DNA of 64,000 nucleotides, from NCBI RefSeq assembly GCF_009914755.1, contig NC_060935.1, one strand, 5' to 3'. The notes below the pieces were generated by a model. The model searched no databases. It was not told where the DNA came from and saw only the letters and a list, made by a program, of their open reading frames with translations. The position numbers and the translations under genes were made by a program. This DNA is from the human T2T-CHM13v2.0 reference genome, Homo sapiens. Of this stretch, positions 26,600 through 39,989 are shown one piece after another. Every line of letters begins with the position of its first letter. Positions within the stretch are counted from its first letter, which is position 1.

Positions 26600-26970
26600 G
26601 GCTTATCTGACTTGTAAGACCAGTGACAGCTAGATCTGAACTGAGTTATTGTGTTAAAGGTCACTGTTCTTATGGACTTCTCATGTCTCATGGTATCTTG
26701 CCTCAGTTCTGCATCCTTAGGTGGAAAGAGTTTGTCTTGCCCCTATAAGTTAAACCTGAATCATTCGAACCTGCAACTCTTGCCTGCAGCTGGGTCAGTT
26801 CTGCTCGGAAGCCGCGATTTATACACACGTCTCCACCATTTTCTCCAATTCAACTCTGCTAGGGGAGCCTTATATTTTTTTGTCAAAAAAAATGCGTGTA
26901 TTTGTGTGTGCGTGTGTGTATCCTTTATTGTCCCTTTCCTTCTATTATATGTCTTCATATTATTCACGAC
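26600..26970 (-). promoter_or_regulatory. Candidate TATA-containing promoter or enhancer
   Basis: Minus-strand TATAAAT at 26823-26817 in a local CpG cluster, with CGGAAG, CAGCTG and AGATAAG motifs; non-repetitive. Confidence 0.3.
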
Positions 26971-28139
26971 ACCCACAGAGAAGAAAATGACTGAGTAATA
27001 GGATTTGGGGTGCAAAAACCTGCCTTGAACTTTCGAGGTTCTGCCATTCTCCAGGGACTGGGTGCTAATTTTACCTTATGGTGGGATACAGGAAGCCTTG
27101 CCAGGATTACAATCAGGTTTTCTATAAATAAAACTCACTGATGACATTTACGTCTTCATTTTCTCTCTAGGGAGTGTTTCTAAATTGTTTAATTTAGAAG
27201 GTGTATGTTTGAAACCCTAAAGCTTTTAAAAATATTTTAAATTAATTCTCTGTAAGTAAAACATTTCTAAATTACACTTAACCCCTTTATCTCATTCATT
27301 CTCCTCTCATCTGGAAGGTTTAGCCAATATTAGTAACTTTTATACTTGTTCACAGGCTCTAGCATTTCTCTTTTTAATAAGACCTTATCCATATACTCAT
27401 AATTTTTAAAAACTGTAACTCATTCCTTTGTTTTTAATAAAACTCTGAGCACTCTATCTCTGCAGCTTTGAGATACCTGCTTAGTTTATAATCCAAGCTT
27501 GTCCCATAGTTGTTTGGTCTCGTACATATTGTCATTTAATATCTCAGCCCCCAAATCAGTATCTATACATGGAGAAGATAATACAACTTCAAAAGGAGAG
27601 TTGCTCTCAGGGCTAAGTGCCATGGCTGTGCTGTGAAAAGTTTGTATATTTTAACTCATGTTTCAATGTGAAAGACAAATAGCCATAGCCTCTTTCTCTT
27701 TTCCCTGCCCTTCCAAGCTTTAACAATATATCTCTTTCAAGGACAGTATGCAGGGCACTCACTGTTCAAAATACACTTTGTCACCCCCCAAACCGGTGTA
27801 ACTGAGATCTGCTAACTAACTCCCTTTGATCTCAAGTATTTGTGTGAGTCGTTTTTGCCACCACTGCCCTGTTGGCCTCTTTGGTGTACTGGACTAATGT
27901 GCCTTCTGTGAGATGCATGAAGCCCCCGGGCCAACAAATAACAGGACCAATGGAAAGTATGAAAAATTACAGGTCAGATAGATATATCTAACAAACACGT
28001 GTGGATAATGGAAACTGGGCACTCTTGTAACATATAGGGAGTAGTCTATGCTCTTGCTCTAGCATCCTTGTCACTTATCTTGCGGTGTAAATATTTATTT
28101 GATTGTTTGTTTGGTAGTGCGGTTCTTATTTAGTAATAA

Positions 28140-29905
28140 ATATTTTGGCAGCATGAGCTAACAAAAAAAAAAGAATGTTTAATGAAAAAATTAAGTACTG
28201 AATTTATAATTCTTAAAGAACTTGATGAACATATTAGTCGAACAAAATATTTGTAGATACTTACCAAGAGGACTGCTGAGCACTTGAAAACCAGGGGGCA
28301 GAATGTGCTGATGAAACATCAGCGTTTTTTCAAAAGTTAATAGATTTTAGGAAGATTATGTCTAAAGATGACAATTTGACATGTGAAGCTGCTGGCTATG
28401 CATTTGCATATTACTCTGTGAAGCATCACTTTTCATTTAGATAAATGTCTGTTCCTCTAAACTAATTTCATTCATTTTCTGTTCCAAGTTTTCATATGAA
28501 AGTAAAGTACAAAAAGTGAAGCAATTGCTGTTAATGCGTTGCCTTCATTAACAGCATCAGACCTTGAAAATAGCTAAATGATACTGGTTTTAAAACAATG
28601 CAGTAAAATTAAATATCAATTAAGTTTATTCAAATTGAATCAATATCTGTCTTCAAAACCATGGAATTGAAGTATAGCTCTTTGTGATCCATTCTGTTGA
28701 AGATGAAATATCTGACACCATAATAAATGCTATGATAAATTCAGTTTAAAATGTAAAAAAATTAAAGGAAAAGTGTTTGCTTTTAAAATTATATTTATTG
28801 AATTATTTTGAAATGATAAAATAAAATATACATTTGGGTGTAGCACAATGTCATGGCACAAATGATATTAGGAATCTCATGGGGGCCAGGTGCGGTAGCT
28901 CACACCTGTAATCCCAGCACTTTGGGAGGCCAAGGCAGGCGGATCACGAGGTCAGGAGATCGAGACCATCCTGGCTAACACACAGTGAAACCCCATCTCT
29001 AATAAAAATACAAAAAAATTAGCCAGGCATGGTGGCGGGTGCCTGTAGTCCCAGCTACTTGGGAGGCTGAGGCAGAAGAATGGCGTGAACCATGAGGTGG
29101 AGCTTGCAGTGAGCCGAGCTTGTGCCACTGCATTCCAGCCTGGGCGACAGGGTGAGACTCCATCTCAAAAAAAAAAAAAAAGAAAAGAAAAGAAAAAAAA
29201 AATCTCATGGGGTAGAGCTCTTCTCAAAATTTATGTAGTGCACATTTAAGTTACACTTTAATCCAAACAAACTGTGATATTCTACCAATATAAACAGGAG
29301 AAAAGTACTTGGTGTGGAGAGAAAACAGTATTATGAAAATATTTAGTCTCAAACATTTATGCATTTCAATAGTAACTGCCCCTCCAACAGAATTGAGGAT
29401 GTCTTCCATTTAGCAGAATGCGCTTTTGCATATCAGGTAATTTATCACCTATAGAGAGAAGATTTTTCTCAATTAAATATATTATGATCTGCAGAAAAGT
29501 TCCATGTAATATATCAAGAATTTTAAAAATGCATTCTTCAGAAAAATACAAGTGACGAGGCATTAGACACATATATATGTAAGAAACTGAGTAAAATATA
29601 TGGCTTTGTATCCAGAATTATTATTGTGCTTGCTTGTGTTATTTTAAAATTTGCATAAGATCAATACTAAGATTTCAAATTTTTTTCTTTAATGTGTATG
29701 GCCATATGTTCAATTTTTGAAAGAATTTTATTTTTGAAAATGGCCTTTAAACAGAATGATTTTATAGGTCCACCGATATTATAAAACTGATTTGTCAGTT
29801 AATCTATAAATATTTCAAAAACTCTATAATTTTAGTTATTTTTTGTGCCTTTTTTTCCCTCTCAAAACTTTTCTAATTTGGATTACAAATTTTTACGGTC
29901 AGTCC
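28140..29905 (+). mobile_element. Decayed hAT transposon (BLACKJACK-like) with transposase remnants, split by AluY
   Basis: Fragments KHHFSFR, CSSKLIS, TKSEAIAVNAL and HSVEDEISDTIINA; 3' end tttggattacaaatttttacggtcagtcct resembles the Blackjack/MER94 terminus. Confidence 0.7.
28884..29200 (+). mobile_element. AluY SINE
   Basis: Y-diagnostic gagatcgagaccatcctggctaac, aatggcgtgaacc and gagcttgcagtg; TSD aatctcatggg at 28873-28883 and 29201-29211. Confidence 0.95.
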
Positions 29906-30061
29906 TCATACACATGGAATACTCGGAAAATCAGTAAAATGTCATCAACACAAGCAGAAGAACAATCAACAAAACACAACTTAGTTTTCTAGCTGAACTC
30001 GGCTAAGGCTTTTTGCCTGTTCTTCGTGAGGAAAAACTAGACATTAACAACAATATTGCAT

Positions 30062-30427
30062 TGTTATGGATTTAATCTTTGTGTCTCCGAAAAATTCATA
30101 TGTTGAACACTTACCCCCTAATGTGATGGTATTTGGAAGCAGGGTCTTTGGGAGACAATTAGGTTTTAATGAGGTCATGAGAATGTGGACCCCATGAAGG
30201 AATTAGTGAGCTTATAAGAAGAGGAAGAGAGACCAGAGCTCTCTGCTTGAGGACACGGTAAAAAAGTAACCATCTGCAAGCCAGGAGGAAGGTTGTCACC
30301 AGGAGCCACATTTTCTGGCACCTTGGTCTTAGATTTCCCACCCTTTAGAACCATGAGAAATAATGTCAATCATTTAAGTCTCTCTGTCTGTGGTATTTTG
30401 TTGTATGAGCCCAAGCTGACTAAGACA
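30062..30427 (+). mobile_element. MaLR solo LTR, MLT1A-like
   Basis: tgttatgg ... aaattcatatgttgaa ... gctgactaagaca; 5-bp TSD tgcat/tccat. Confidence 0.9.
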
Positions 30428-30569
30428 TCCATTTTATAATTAATTTAGTTGTTGTAATTGTTGTGTGTAATTAAACTTGTATAAGTAAATGCACATTATA
30501 CTTATTCACAATGTAAGTGGAGTTCATGGTATGTATATGTGTATATGGTATAAAATATACCATGTATGT

Positions 30570-30700
30570 TTATTACATACCATGTTCCAGGCATTGTCCT
30601 AGGTACTGGGAAACAGCAGTGAGCAAGAGACAAAAATCTTCATTGAGTCTATGTTCTAGTGTATGCGTGAAGGGGTAGGGGGAGACAGACAGTTGCCAAA
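30570..30700 (-). mobile_element. L2 3' fragment
   Basis: catgttccaggcattgtcctaggtactgggaaacagcagtgagcaag. Confidence 0.7.
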
Positions 30701-32094
30701 ATGAGAGTAGGAGATTATAGAAACTCTAGTTAGTTATGGCAGTGAAGGTTTTTGGGCTCAAAGTGCAAGCCATATAATATCAGCATTCTTTTTAGAATGC
30801 TTCTGAACCTAGGTATACTCCTAACGGGGCAAGCAACCCGGTACATCGACTTATAGGTTTCCCTACGTTAATTTGAACAGATATTACCAACTTAAGTGTC
30901 TTCAATTTTATTGTCATACCAGGTCCTTAAATCTATTCCCGCTCTACCTATTTCCCAGATTTTATTAAATTATCTTGTGCAATTTAGATAGATATGCTTT
31001 TCCTCAGCTCAAAGCTACATGAGTATTTTTTTTCCAGAAAAGACTGACTGCTACTTATACTTTTTTTGTATACTTAAAGTATTTTGAAATATCTTCAGCT
31101 ACACTGTGATAGGTTTAGGTGCCTCTTAGCTTCCTGTGTATAGTATGTCTTTATTCCTACATGAAAGCCTCTTGGCAGGTGGGTTAGCCAGTCCTCTGGC
31201 CTCAGTTCTGTTTAATAATATCTTTCAGACAGAATTCTCTCCTGATCCTATCTGCTAGTTTTTCTGAAACTCTTAACCTTTCACAATATGACCTTAACCA
31301 CGTCTCCTTTAGTCACAATTTTATTCCTGGAGGAAATAAGCAATCTTCAGCCTTGAGCCTCTAAGTGAAATCGTCAACCAGACTTCCACCACCCTGTGGC
31401 TTGGCTGCCTGCCTGAATTGTTGTGACTTCTACAGCGACTCATTTGTCTCCTTTTTCTCCTTAACCCCAAAGGCTTCTTCCACTTGGTGCGTTCTTTTAG
31501 GCTATGATCATCCAGCAAGTCTTGCTGTATTCTGTGGCGTTAACAAGGTAGCCTTATTACAAACAGAGACCCAGAAGCGTTTAGAGATCTGCTTAAGTTT
31601 GGAAGGTTAATTGCTGGCAGAACCAGACCTGGAACTCTGGTCCCCTGACTCCCTGTTCCAAGCATTTTCTAATTCACGTACTGCCAAAACAAAGCAAAAG
31701 CAAACAAAAAACCCCCGCTGAATAAAATGCTTTTATGCGTGACACAGAAGAAGTGAACTGAATGTCAATATGTGCCTGAAGAAAGGTGGCCCATTTAGGC
31801 TGATGAAGCTGTGATGAAGGTCCCTAGTTGATGAACAATATATATTCATTGATTGATTGAAAATAATTGACTTCTTATTCCTTGAGATTTTCCCCAAACG
31901 AAAACTGCATGTTTAGTGCCTCCTTCTAAAGGTATCTGAATTTTTTTCAGTACTTAAAAGACTCAGAAGTATAACCTGTATTATTTTTCACTATTTTTAA
32001 TTAATGTTAACTCATTATTAATGATTCTTTAAAAATGACTACTCTGTATGAGTAAAATCATCTATAATACAAAATGCTTCAAAGTATGTTATAG

Positions 32095-32200
32095 CATTCC
32101 TGTTTTACAGATGAGGAAACTAAGGTTCAGAAAGTTAAATAATGTGCCAACAATCAGACAGAGCTTAAGGGTGAGAGCCAGGATCTGCCTCCTCAGGGCA
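32095..32200 (-). mobile_element. MIR SINE
   Basis: ttttacagatgaggaaactaaggttcagaaagttaa. Confidence 0.8.
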
Positions 32201-33145
32201 TGCCCTGAGCATGAGATCACCATAATGAAGACATCATGGGTTGTTTTTACCCATAAAGTATTAATTTTTAATGGCTTAACCACAAAAAAAGTATTCTCAT
32301 AAAAAGGAGAACAGAAAGAAGTAATAAAAATGCAATTTTCCATTCCATTTGATTTATGAGAAACAATAAGGGGCTAGAGCAACTGAGCAAACATTCTAAA
32401 ATTAGAATCCAGCTAGTATCAAATAATCAAACTCTAATCAGCAAAATCGTTTACATGACACTTATTATAATGTTGCTACTTTTTGTTGTCACAGGATTGC
32501 ATCATTAACATTATTAGTAAACCTGCGCAATCAGTTAAAAATCACTCATTTCCTGAGAATCGCAGAATGTTGAATTTTTTTACGATTTCAGTAAAGTTAT
32601 ATTCTTGGAGTACAAGTACTTTTAAAATTATTTGTTCTTAATCAGAAGGTTATGTGATGTCTCTGATAATAATGTATCTATTTTAAATATTGAAAATTCC
32701 CTTTCATCAAATATAAAAAAACGCTTATTATGTTCTTGCCCCCAAATTGGTCAAAATGTACAGCAAATAATAAATCAGATTTGTTTTGATGTACTTCGTA
32801 TTCTTGTTAAAAAGAAAAAGATTTCCAAACTCTATAGAAAATTATAAAAGCAAAATGAATTTACTGATTATTAATCAAATGGCGTGAATACTAACCTTTC
32901 TTCCTTGAAAAATAAAATGGGCACACAGTTTTGGTGAGTATAAAAAGCCTTTCGCAAGAAAAAACTATGCCAAAACATTATATCTGGTATTAATGCTGAC
33001 TATAATTTCTGGCATCATAATGCCTAAATGTTTTAAAGAAGCTAACAAATAATTTGATGACCGTATATAAATTATATTATTTTATGCTAACTTTTGTTTA
33101 TATATGGAATAGATTACCAGGCAGTAAAGTATTATTTCTAGTGCA

Positions 33146-33187
33146 TATAAGTTTCAAATCTGTTAGTATAAGTTTCAAATCTGTTAG
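33146..33187. repeat. Perfect 21-bp tandem duplication
   Basis: tataagtttcaaatctgttag x2, followed by a partial copy. Confidence 0.9.
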
Positions 33188-33289
33188 GTTTCAAGTCTAC
33201 TTAAAATTAAAATGTTTCTCTGCTACTGAACTAAGCAATACTTAGTAATTTAATTATATTTTAAATATAGCAATTTTATCACATTTCTT

Positions 33290-36200
33290 TTTTTATTACA
33301 CTGTAAGTTCTGGGGTACATGTGCAGAATGTGCAGGTTTGTTAACATTAGGTATTTCTCCTAATGCTATCCCTCCTCTAGCACCCCAACCCCGAACAAGC
33401 CCCGGTGTGTGATGTTCCCCACTTTGTGTCCATGTGTTCTCATTGTTTACTGCCGCTAATGAGGACATGCAGTGTTTGGCTTTCTGTTCTTGTGTTTGTT
33501 TGCTGAGAATGATGGTTTTCAGCGTCATCCATGTCCCTGCAAAGGACATGAACTCATCCTTTTTTATGGCTGCATAGTATTCCATGGTGTATCTGTGCCA
33601 CATTTTCTTTATCCAGTCTATCATTGATGGGCACTTGGGTTGGTTCCAAGTCTTTGCTATTGCGAACAGTGCCACATTGTCCAGCCTATCATTGATGGGC
33701 ATTTGGGTTGGTTCCAAGTCTTTGCTGTTGTGAACAGTGCCACAATAAACATACATGTGCAGATGTCTTTATAGTAGAATGTGTTATAATGCTTTGGGTA
33801 TATAAGCAGTAGTGGGATTGCTGGGTCAAATGGTATTTCTGGTTCTCGATCCTTGAGGAATCGCCACCCTGTCTTCCACAATGGTTGAATGAATTTACAC
33901 TCCCATGAACAGTGTAAAAGCCCTCCAATCTCTCCACATCCTCTCTAGTATCTGTTGTTTCCTGACTTTTTAATGATGGCCATTCTAACTGGCATGAGAT
34001 GGTATCTCAGTGTGGGTTTGATTTGTATTTCCCTAATGACCAGTGATGATGAGCTTTATTTCATATGTTTGTTGGCTGCATAAATGTCATCTTTTTAGAA
34101 ATGTCTTTTCATATCCTTTGCCTACTTTTTGATGGGTTTTTTTTCTTGTAAATTTGTTTGAGTTCTTTCTTTGTAGATTCTGGATATTAGCCCTTTGTCG
34201 GATGGGTAGATCACAAAAATTTTCTCCCATTCTGTAGGTTGCCTGTTCACTCTGATGATAGTTTCTTTGGCTGTGCAGAAACTCTTTAGTTTAATTAGAT
34301 CCCATTAGTCAATTTTGGCTTTTGTTGCCATTGCTTTTGGTGTTTTAGTCATGAAGTCTTTGCCCATGCTTATGTCCTGAATGGTATTGCTTAGGTTGTC
34401 TTCTAGGGTTTTCATGGTTTTAGGTCTAACATTTAAGTCTTTAATCTATCTTGAGTTAATTTTTGTATAAGGTGTAAGGAAGGGGTCCAGTTTTAGTTTT
34501 CTGCATATGGCTATCCAGTTTTCCCAACACTATTTATTACATATTGATTCCTTTCCACATTGCTTGTTTTTGTAAGGTTTGTCCAAGATCAGATGGTTGT
34601 AGATATGTGGTGTTATTTCTGGGGCCTCTCTTCTGTTCCATTGGTCTATGTATCTGTTTTGGTACCAGAACCATGATGTTTTGGTTACTGTAGCCTTGTA
34701 GTGTAGTTTGAAGTCCGAGAGCATGATGCCTCCAGCTTTGGTCTTTTTGCTTAGGATTGTCTTGGCTATGTGGGCTCTTTTTTTGTTCATATGAAATTTA
34801 AAGTAGTTTTTTCTAATTCTGGGAAGAAAGTCAGTGGTAGCTTGATGGGGATAGCAATGAATCTATAAATTACTTTGGGGAGTATGGCCATTTTCACAAT
34901 ATTGATTCTTCCTATCCATGCACATGGAATGTTTTTCCATTTGTTTGTGTCCTCTCTGATTTCCTTGAGCAGTGGTTTGTAGTTCTCCTTGAGGTCCTTC
35001 ACATCCCTTGTAAGTTGTATTCCTAGGTATTTTATTTCTTTGTAGAAATTGTCAATGGGACTTCACTGATGATTGGGCTATTATTTGTGTATAAGAATGC
35101 TTGTGATTTTTGCACATTGATTTTGTATCCTGAGACTTTGCTGAAGTTGCTTATCATCATAAGGAGATTTGGGGCTGAGAAGATGGGGTTTTCTAAATAT
35201 ATAATCTTGTCATCTGCAAACAGAGACAATTTGACTCATGTCTTCCTATTTTAGTACCCTTTATTTCTTTCTCTTGCCTTACTGCCCTGGAGAGAGCTTC
35301 CAATACTATGTTGAGTAGGAATGGTGAGAGGGGGCACCCTTGTCTTATGCTGGTTTTCAAAGGGAATGCTTCCAGTTTGTGCCCATTCAGTATGATACTG
35401 GCTATGGGTTTGTCACAAATAGCTCTTATTATTTTGATATGTTCCATCAATGCCTAGTTTATTTAGAGTTTTTAGCATGAAGCGGTGTTGAATTTTGTCG
35501 AAGGCCTTTTCTGCATCTATTGAGATAATCATGTGGTTTTTATCATTGGTTCTGTTTATGTGATGGATTACGTTTATTGATTTGCATATGTTGAACCAGC
35601 CCTGCATCCCAGGGATGAAGCTGACTTGACCATGGTGGATAAGCTTTTTGATGTGCTGCTGGATTTGGTTTGCCAGTATTTTACTGAGGCTTTTCACATC
35701 GACGTTCATCGGGGATATCGGCCTGAAATTATCTTTTTTTGTTGTGCCTCTGCCTGGTTTTGGTATCAGGATGATGCTGGCCTCATAAAATGAGTTAGGG
35801 AAGAGTCCCTCTTTTTCTATTGTTTGGAATAGTTTCAGAAGGAATGGTACCAGCTCCTCTTTGTACCTCTGGTAGAATTTGGCTGTGAATCTGTCTGGTC
35901 CTGGGCTTTTTTTGGTTGGTAGGCTATTAATTTCAGAACTTGTTATCGGTCTATTCAGGGATTCAACTTCTTCCTGGTTTAGTCTTGGGAGGGTGTATGT
36001 GCCCAGAAATGTATCAATTTCTTATTTCTTCTAGATTTTCTAGCTTATTTGCCTAGAGGTATTTATAGATTCTCTGATGGTAGTTTGTGTTTCTGTGGGA
36101 TCCGTGGTGATATCCCCTTTACCATTTTTTAGTGTGTCTATTTGATTCTTCTCTCTTTATCAGTCTGGCTAGTGGTCTCTCTAGTTTGTTAGTCTTTTTA

Positions 36201-36386
36201 AAAAACCAGCTCCTGGATTCACAGATTTTTTGAAGTTTTTCGTGTGTGTGTCTCTGTCTCCTTCAGTTCTGCTCTGACCTTAGTTATTTCTTGTCTTCTG
36301 CTAGCTTTTGAATTTGTTTGCTCTTGCTTCTCTTGTTCTTTTAATTGTGATATTAGGGTGTTGATTTTAGATCTTCCCTGCTTTCT
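33290..36386 (-). mobile_element. 5'-truncated L1PA (PA7/8-like), 3.1 kb, decayed ORF2
   Basis: ORFs 35413..35709 ([17 protein letters not shown]), 35193..35450 (RQGCPLSP), 35032..35229 (LFADD) and 34530..35002; TSD ttttatcac(a/t)tttctt at 33274-33289 and 36387-36402. Confidence 0.97.
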
Positions 36387-36689
36387 TTTTATCACTTTTC
36401 TTAATATGCAAATTAGTTGAAGCAGTATTTTGTTTATTAAACCCTTATAATGGCATGTTGTTAGTACATAATGAAGTATAAACATTGAAAGAGGGAAAAA
36501 ATCACATACAATTGCACATACTGAAAGAGGAAAACATATAGATTACGTTTTAGAAATAAGATTCACATGGTTGTAGTTTTATATCATGATAAGAGCAAAT
36601 AGTTGCAAAATAAAAATATTTTAAGCAGATATTTAATATAGAATTTTGAAAATCCAGAACCCAGGAATAAATATGCTAAAATGGGCAGA

Positions 36690-38640
36690 ATTCTATTTAA
36701 GGAAATTTTTCCAGTAGCATTACAGAAATTAAATAAATGTGAGATATACCATGTTAATGAATTGAAAAACTCAATCTTGTAAAAAAAAAAAATCCCAAGT
36801 CTCAACAGTGTTTTAGTATTGGTCATGTATATTTGCTTTGTTTTTGTGGAGCTTGATAAGCAAATTCTGAAAATTATATGAAAGTGCGAAAGTTGAAAAA
36901 TTGTAAAGATTCACATAAAGAAAGAAGGTGGAAAACTTGCCTTACAGAATATGAAGACAACTATGATACAGTCTTATAAGAATGCAGAATTTAAATAAAA
37001 TACTGACACCAATTGGCTTGCAAACACATGTTATAGAATGGATAGAAACACCAAACGAAGATCTGCATAGTTACAGATGCTTAAGACAGTGGTGATATTC
37101 CAGATCTATATAGATAAATAAAAAAAGCATGTGAAAAAAGGAAGAAATTTACCCCTATTTTGCATTATACTCAAAAATACATTCAGGTGAATTAAAGCTC
37201 TAAATACAAAAGTAAACATAAAATTTTTAAACATGATATTGGAGAATATCTTAATGACCTTGGAGTGGAGCAGAAAAATTTAAAAAGAGAGAAGGAAAGG
37301 AAAAGGGAGGAAAAAAACAAAAGTGGCAACCATTGAGGAAGACTAATTTTTTGAAAATCTGTATTAGAATTAGGAAATTTTGTTCTTCAAGTGCCAAGAC
37401 AAACTCAGAAGAGAAAGATGAGTTGTTTGAACTACAAAGCTAAAAATGATCTATCTAGATTTACAGTCACACAAACAAACCAAAATCAAAACGAACAAAA
37501 TGGATCAGGGTTACTGGAAATGGAGAGTTGTTGGTCAAAGGATACAAATTGCAGTTGTAAGATGCATAAGTTCTGGAGATCTAATGCACAGGATAGTGAC
37601 TGTAATTAATAATAATGTATTGCATACTTGACATTTACTAACACAGTATTTGCGCTACACACACAAAATAACTTCAAGGTGATGCATATATAACATTTCA
37701 TCTTGTATACATATATCAAAACTTCATGTTGTTTACTTTGAATATATACCATTTTGTTAACTATATCACAATAAAGCTGGGAAAAATGCGATAAAGTAGA
37801 AAAATTGGCAAATATCCTGACCAAGCTTTCCATAAACAAGAAACTTCAATAGAAGAAGTGTTCAACTTTATTAGTATTAGAGAAATGCAAATTTTTAAAA
37901 ATACATTGTGTGATAGCCTTAATACAAATGCTCCAAATTAGGAAACATTTTAATAATCTGAAAATACCAAGTTATAATGGAACAAGGGGCAACCATACAT
38001 GCTGGAAGGGTTATATATTTTCATGACCACTCCAGAGACAGTTTGGCATTATGTTCCAAGGATATGAATACCCAAGAATTTAGCTTTTCAACTTTTATGC
38101 AAATATACCACTAATCTGTTGTACATGTGCATACAACAATGTTCATAGCAGCACTGTTAGCACTAGCAAAAACTGAAAACCACCCACGTGTCCATCAACA
38201 ATGAAATGATAAATTCATGACAGTGTATTCAGATAGTGGAATACTATGCAACAATGAAAATTAATAAACTAAAGCTATATCTAACAATATAGGTGAATCA
38301 CATAAACATACTGTTGAATGAAAGGAGTAAGACACAAAGGAGCACATACTGTGCAATTCTATTCACCTAAAGCTCAAAAACAGGCAAAACTAATATAGAT
38401 GCTAAAACTACAGGAAAAGTCAATGAATAATCATCACCAAAGTCAGACTGGTATTGCATAGATTTGTCTTGTGAAAAAAAAAAGTTAAAATGGTGTGTAG
38501 GGTTGTGATCATGGTGGGCCATAAAAAAAGTGTAGGTTTTAAAATGTTGCCAATGTTCTAGCTCCTCACCTTCATAATGATTACATAGGTGTTCCCTTCA
38601 TTATTTCTGCACTCTTCTTGGATATAATGTTAAATTTGTA
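36690..38640 (+). mobile_element. Old L1M (L1ME/MC-like) fragments with a nested L1MA 3' end at ~37505-37787
   Basis: Degenerate ORF2 and 3' UTR (atgttcatagcagcactgtt, tgtccatcaaca); L1MA-like aaaggatacaaattgcagtt...taagttctggagatctaatgcacag. Confidence 0.75.
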
Positions 38641-38795
38641 CTTATTTTTAAAATATCTACCATACACCAAAACTGCTCTATTACTGCTAAGTCACCTAGG
38701 TTGTGGATTTCTCAGAACGAATATGGATGGCTGTTTATACTTCTGCTGTTGAGCTTTAAAAAAAAATGATCATTGCAATTACATTGAAGAGATGT

Positions 38796-38931
38796 AGATC
38801 AATTTGACTCCAGAGCTTGTATTTAGAGTTTCTTTCATGTGTATGTTCTAATCACACCTCAGAACCCTAAGAAATAGACATTATAGAACAGTAGAGGTGA
38901 ATATTTCATGCATTGGTTTAAAGAACACCAA
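38796..38931 (+). repeat. Dispersed local duplication, copy 1 (paralog at 40229-40366)
   Basis: Both copies share tgactccagagcttgtatt ... agacatta.agaacagtagag.tgaatatttcatgca.t.gt.taaagaacaccaa. Confidence 0.9.
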
Positions 38932-39201
38932 CATGTTAGAAATTTAGAAGAAATGTGGGTGACAAAGGTCGTTAGGTTCTCCTTCTAAAGATAACAAGGT
39001 GACAATAGAGCACATGCCAGATATTACTTATGCCAGTGAACTTGCTGAATATTTGCAGCATTTCCTCTGAGGTTCAAAAGACCTCCAAAATAGACATAAT
39101 CTAGAGTGATTGATAGGCAGTTCCCATGGGCCACTATTTCTTCAGGCAGTGTTTTTTTAAGTACTGTGAAGTGCACTCACTTTATCACAACATGTATATT
39201 T

Positions 39202-39727
39202 CTTTTCATATATATACTTTAAGTTCTGGGGATACATAGGCAGAACGTGCAGGTTTGTTACATAGGTATACACGTGCCATGGTGGTTTGCTGCACCCATC
39301 ATCTACATTAGGTATTTCTCCTAATGCTATTCCCTCCCCTAGCCCCTCACCCACCAACAGGCCCTAGTATGTGATGTTCCCCTCTCTGTGTCCATGTGTT
39401 CTCATTGTTCACCTCCCACTTATGACTGACAACATGCGGTGTTTGGTTTTCTGTTTCTGTGTTTGTTTGCTGAGAATGATGGTTTCCAGCATCATCCATG
39501 TCCCTGCAAAGAACATGAATTCAACTTTTTTATGGCTGCATAGTATTCCATGGAGTGGATTTGCCACATTTTCGTTATCCAGTCTCTCATTGATGGGCAT
39601 TTGGGTTGGTGCCAAGTCTTTGCTATTGTGAATAGTGCTGCAATAAACATATGTATGCATGTGTCTTTATAGCAGAATGATTTATAATCCGTTGGGTATA
39701 TACCCAGTAATGGGATTGCTCGGACAA
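39202..39727 (-). mobile_element. 5'-truncated L1PA (PA7-like) 3' end
   Basis: L1PA 3' UTR; perfect 18-bp TSD atcacaacatgtatattt at 39184-39201 and 39728-39745. Confidence 0.95.
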
Positions 39728-39989
39728 ATCACAACATGTATATTTGTAACAGATGAAGAAAGATGATTGTTTATGATTCCCAGTAGAAATGTAGTTTCAT
39801 CAAGAGAGAAGAGAGTGAAAGAGTGAGAAACAGAGATACTAAATTTAGGAAATTCATTGAACAGAAACTCCACTTTGGACTGGAAATACATTTCTCCAAA
39901 ATCACAAAAGAGTTACTTTGTGCACACTCAAGTTACTTCTACTTATGGGGAAAAGTCAACTATACATTCATAAATGATTAACACTTATG

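Noticed and set aside
31501-31547. Possible 47-nt exon (ttttag|GCTATG...ACAAG|gtagcc)
   Set aside because: Weak donor, no partner exon or homology
33250-35709. Cluster of ORFs with reverse-transcriptase motifs
   Set aside because: Fragmented ORF2 of a truncated L1PA, broken by stops and frameshifts; not a novel RT system
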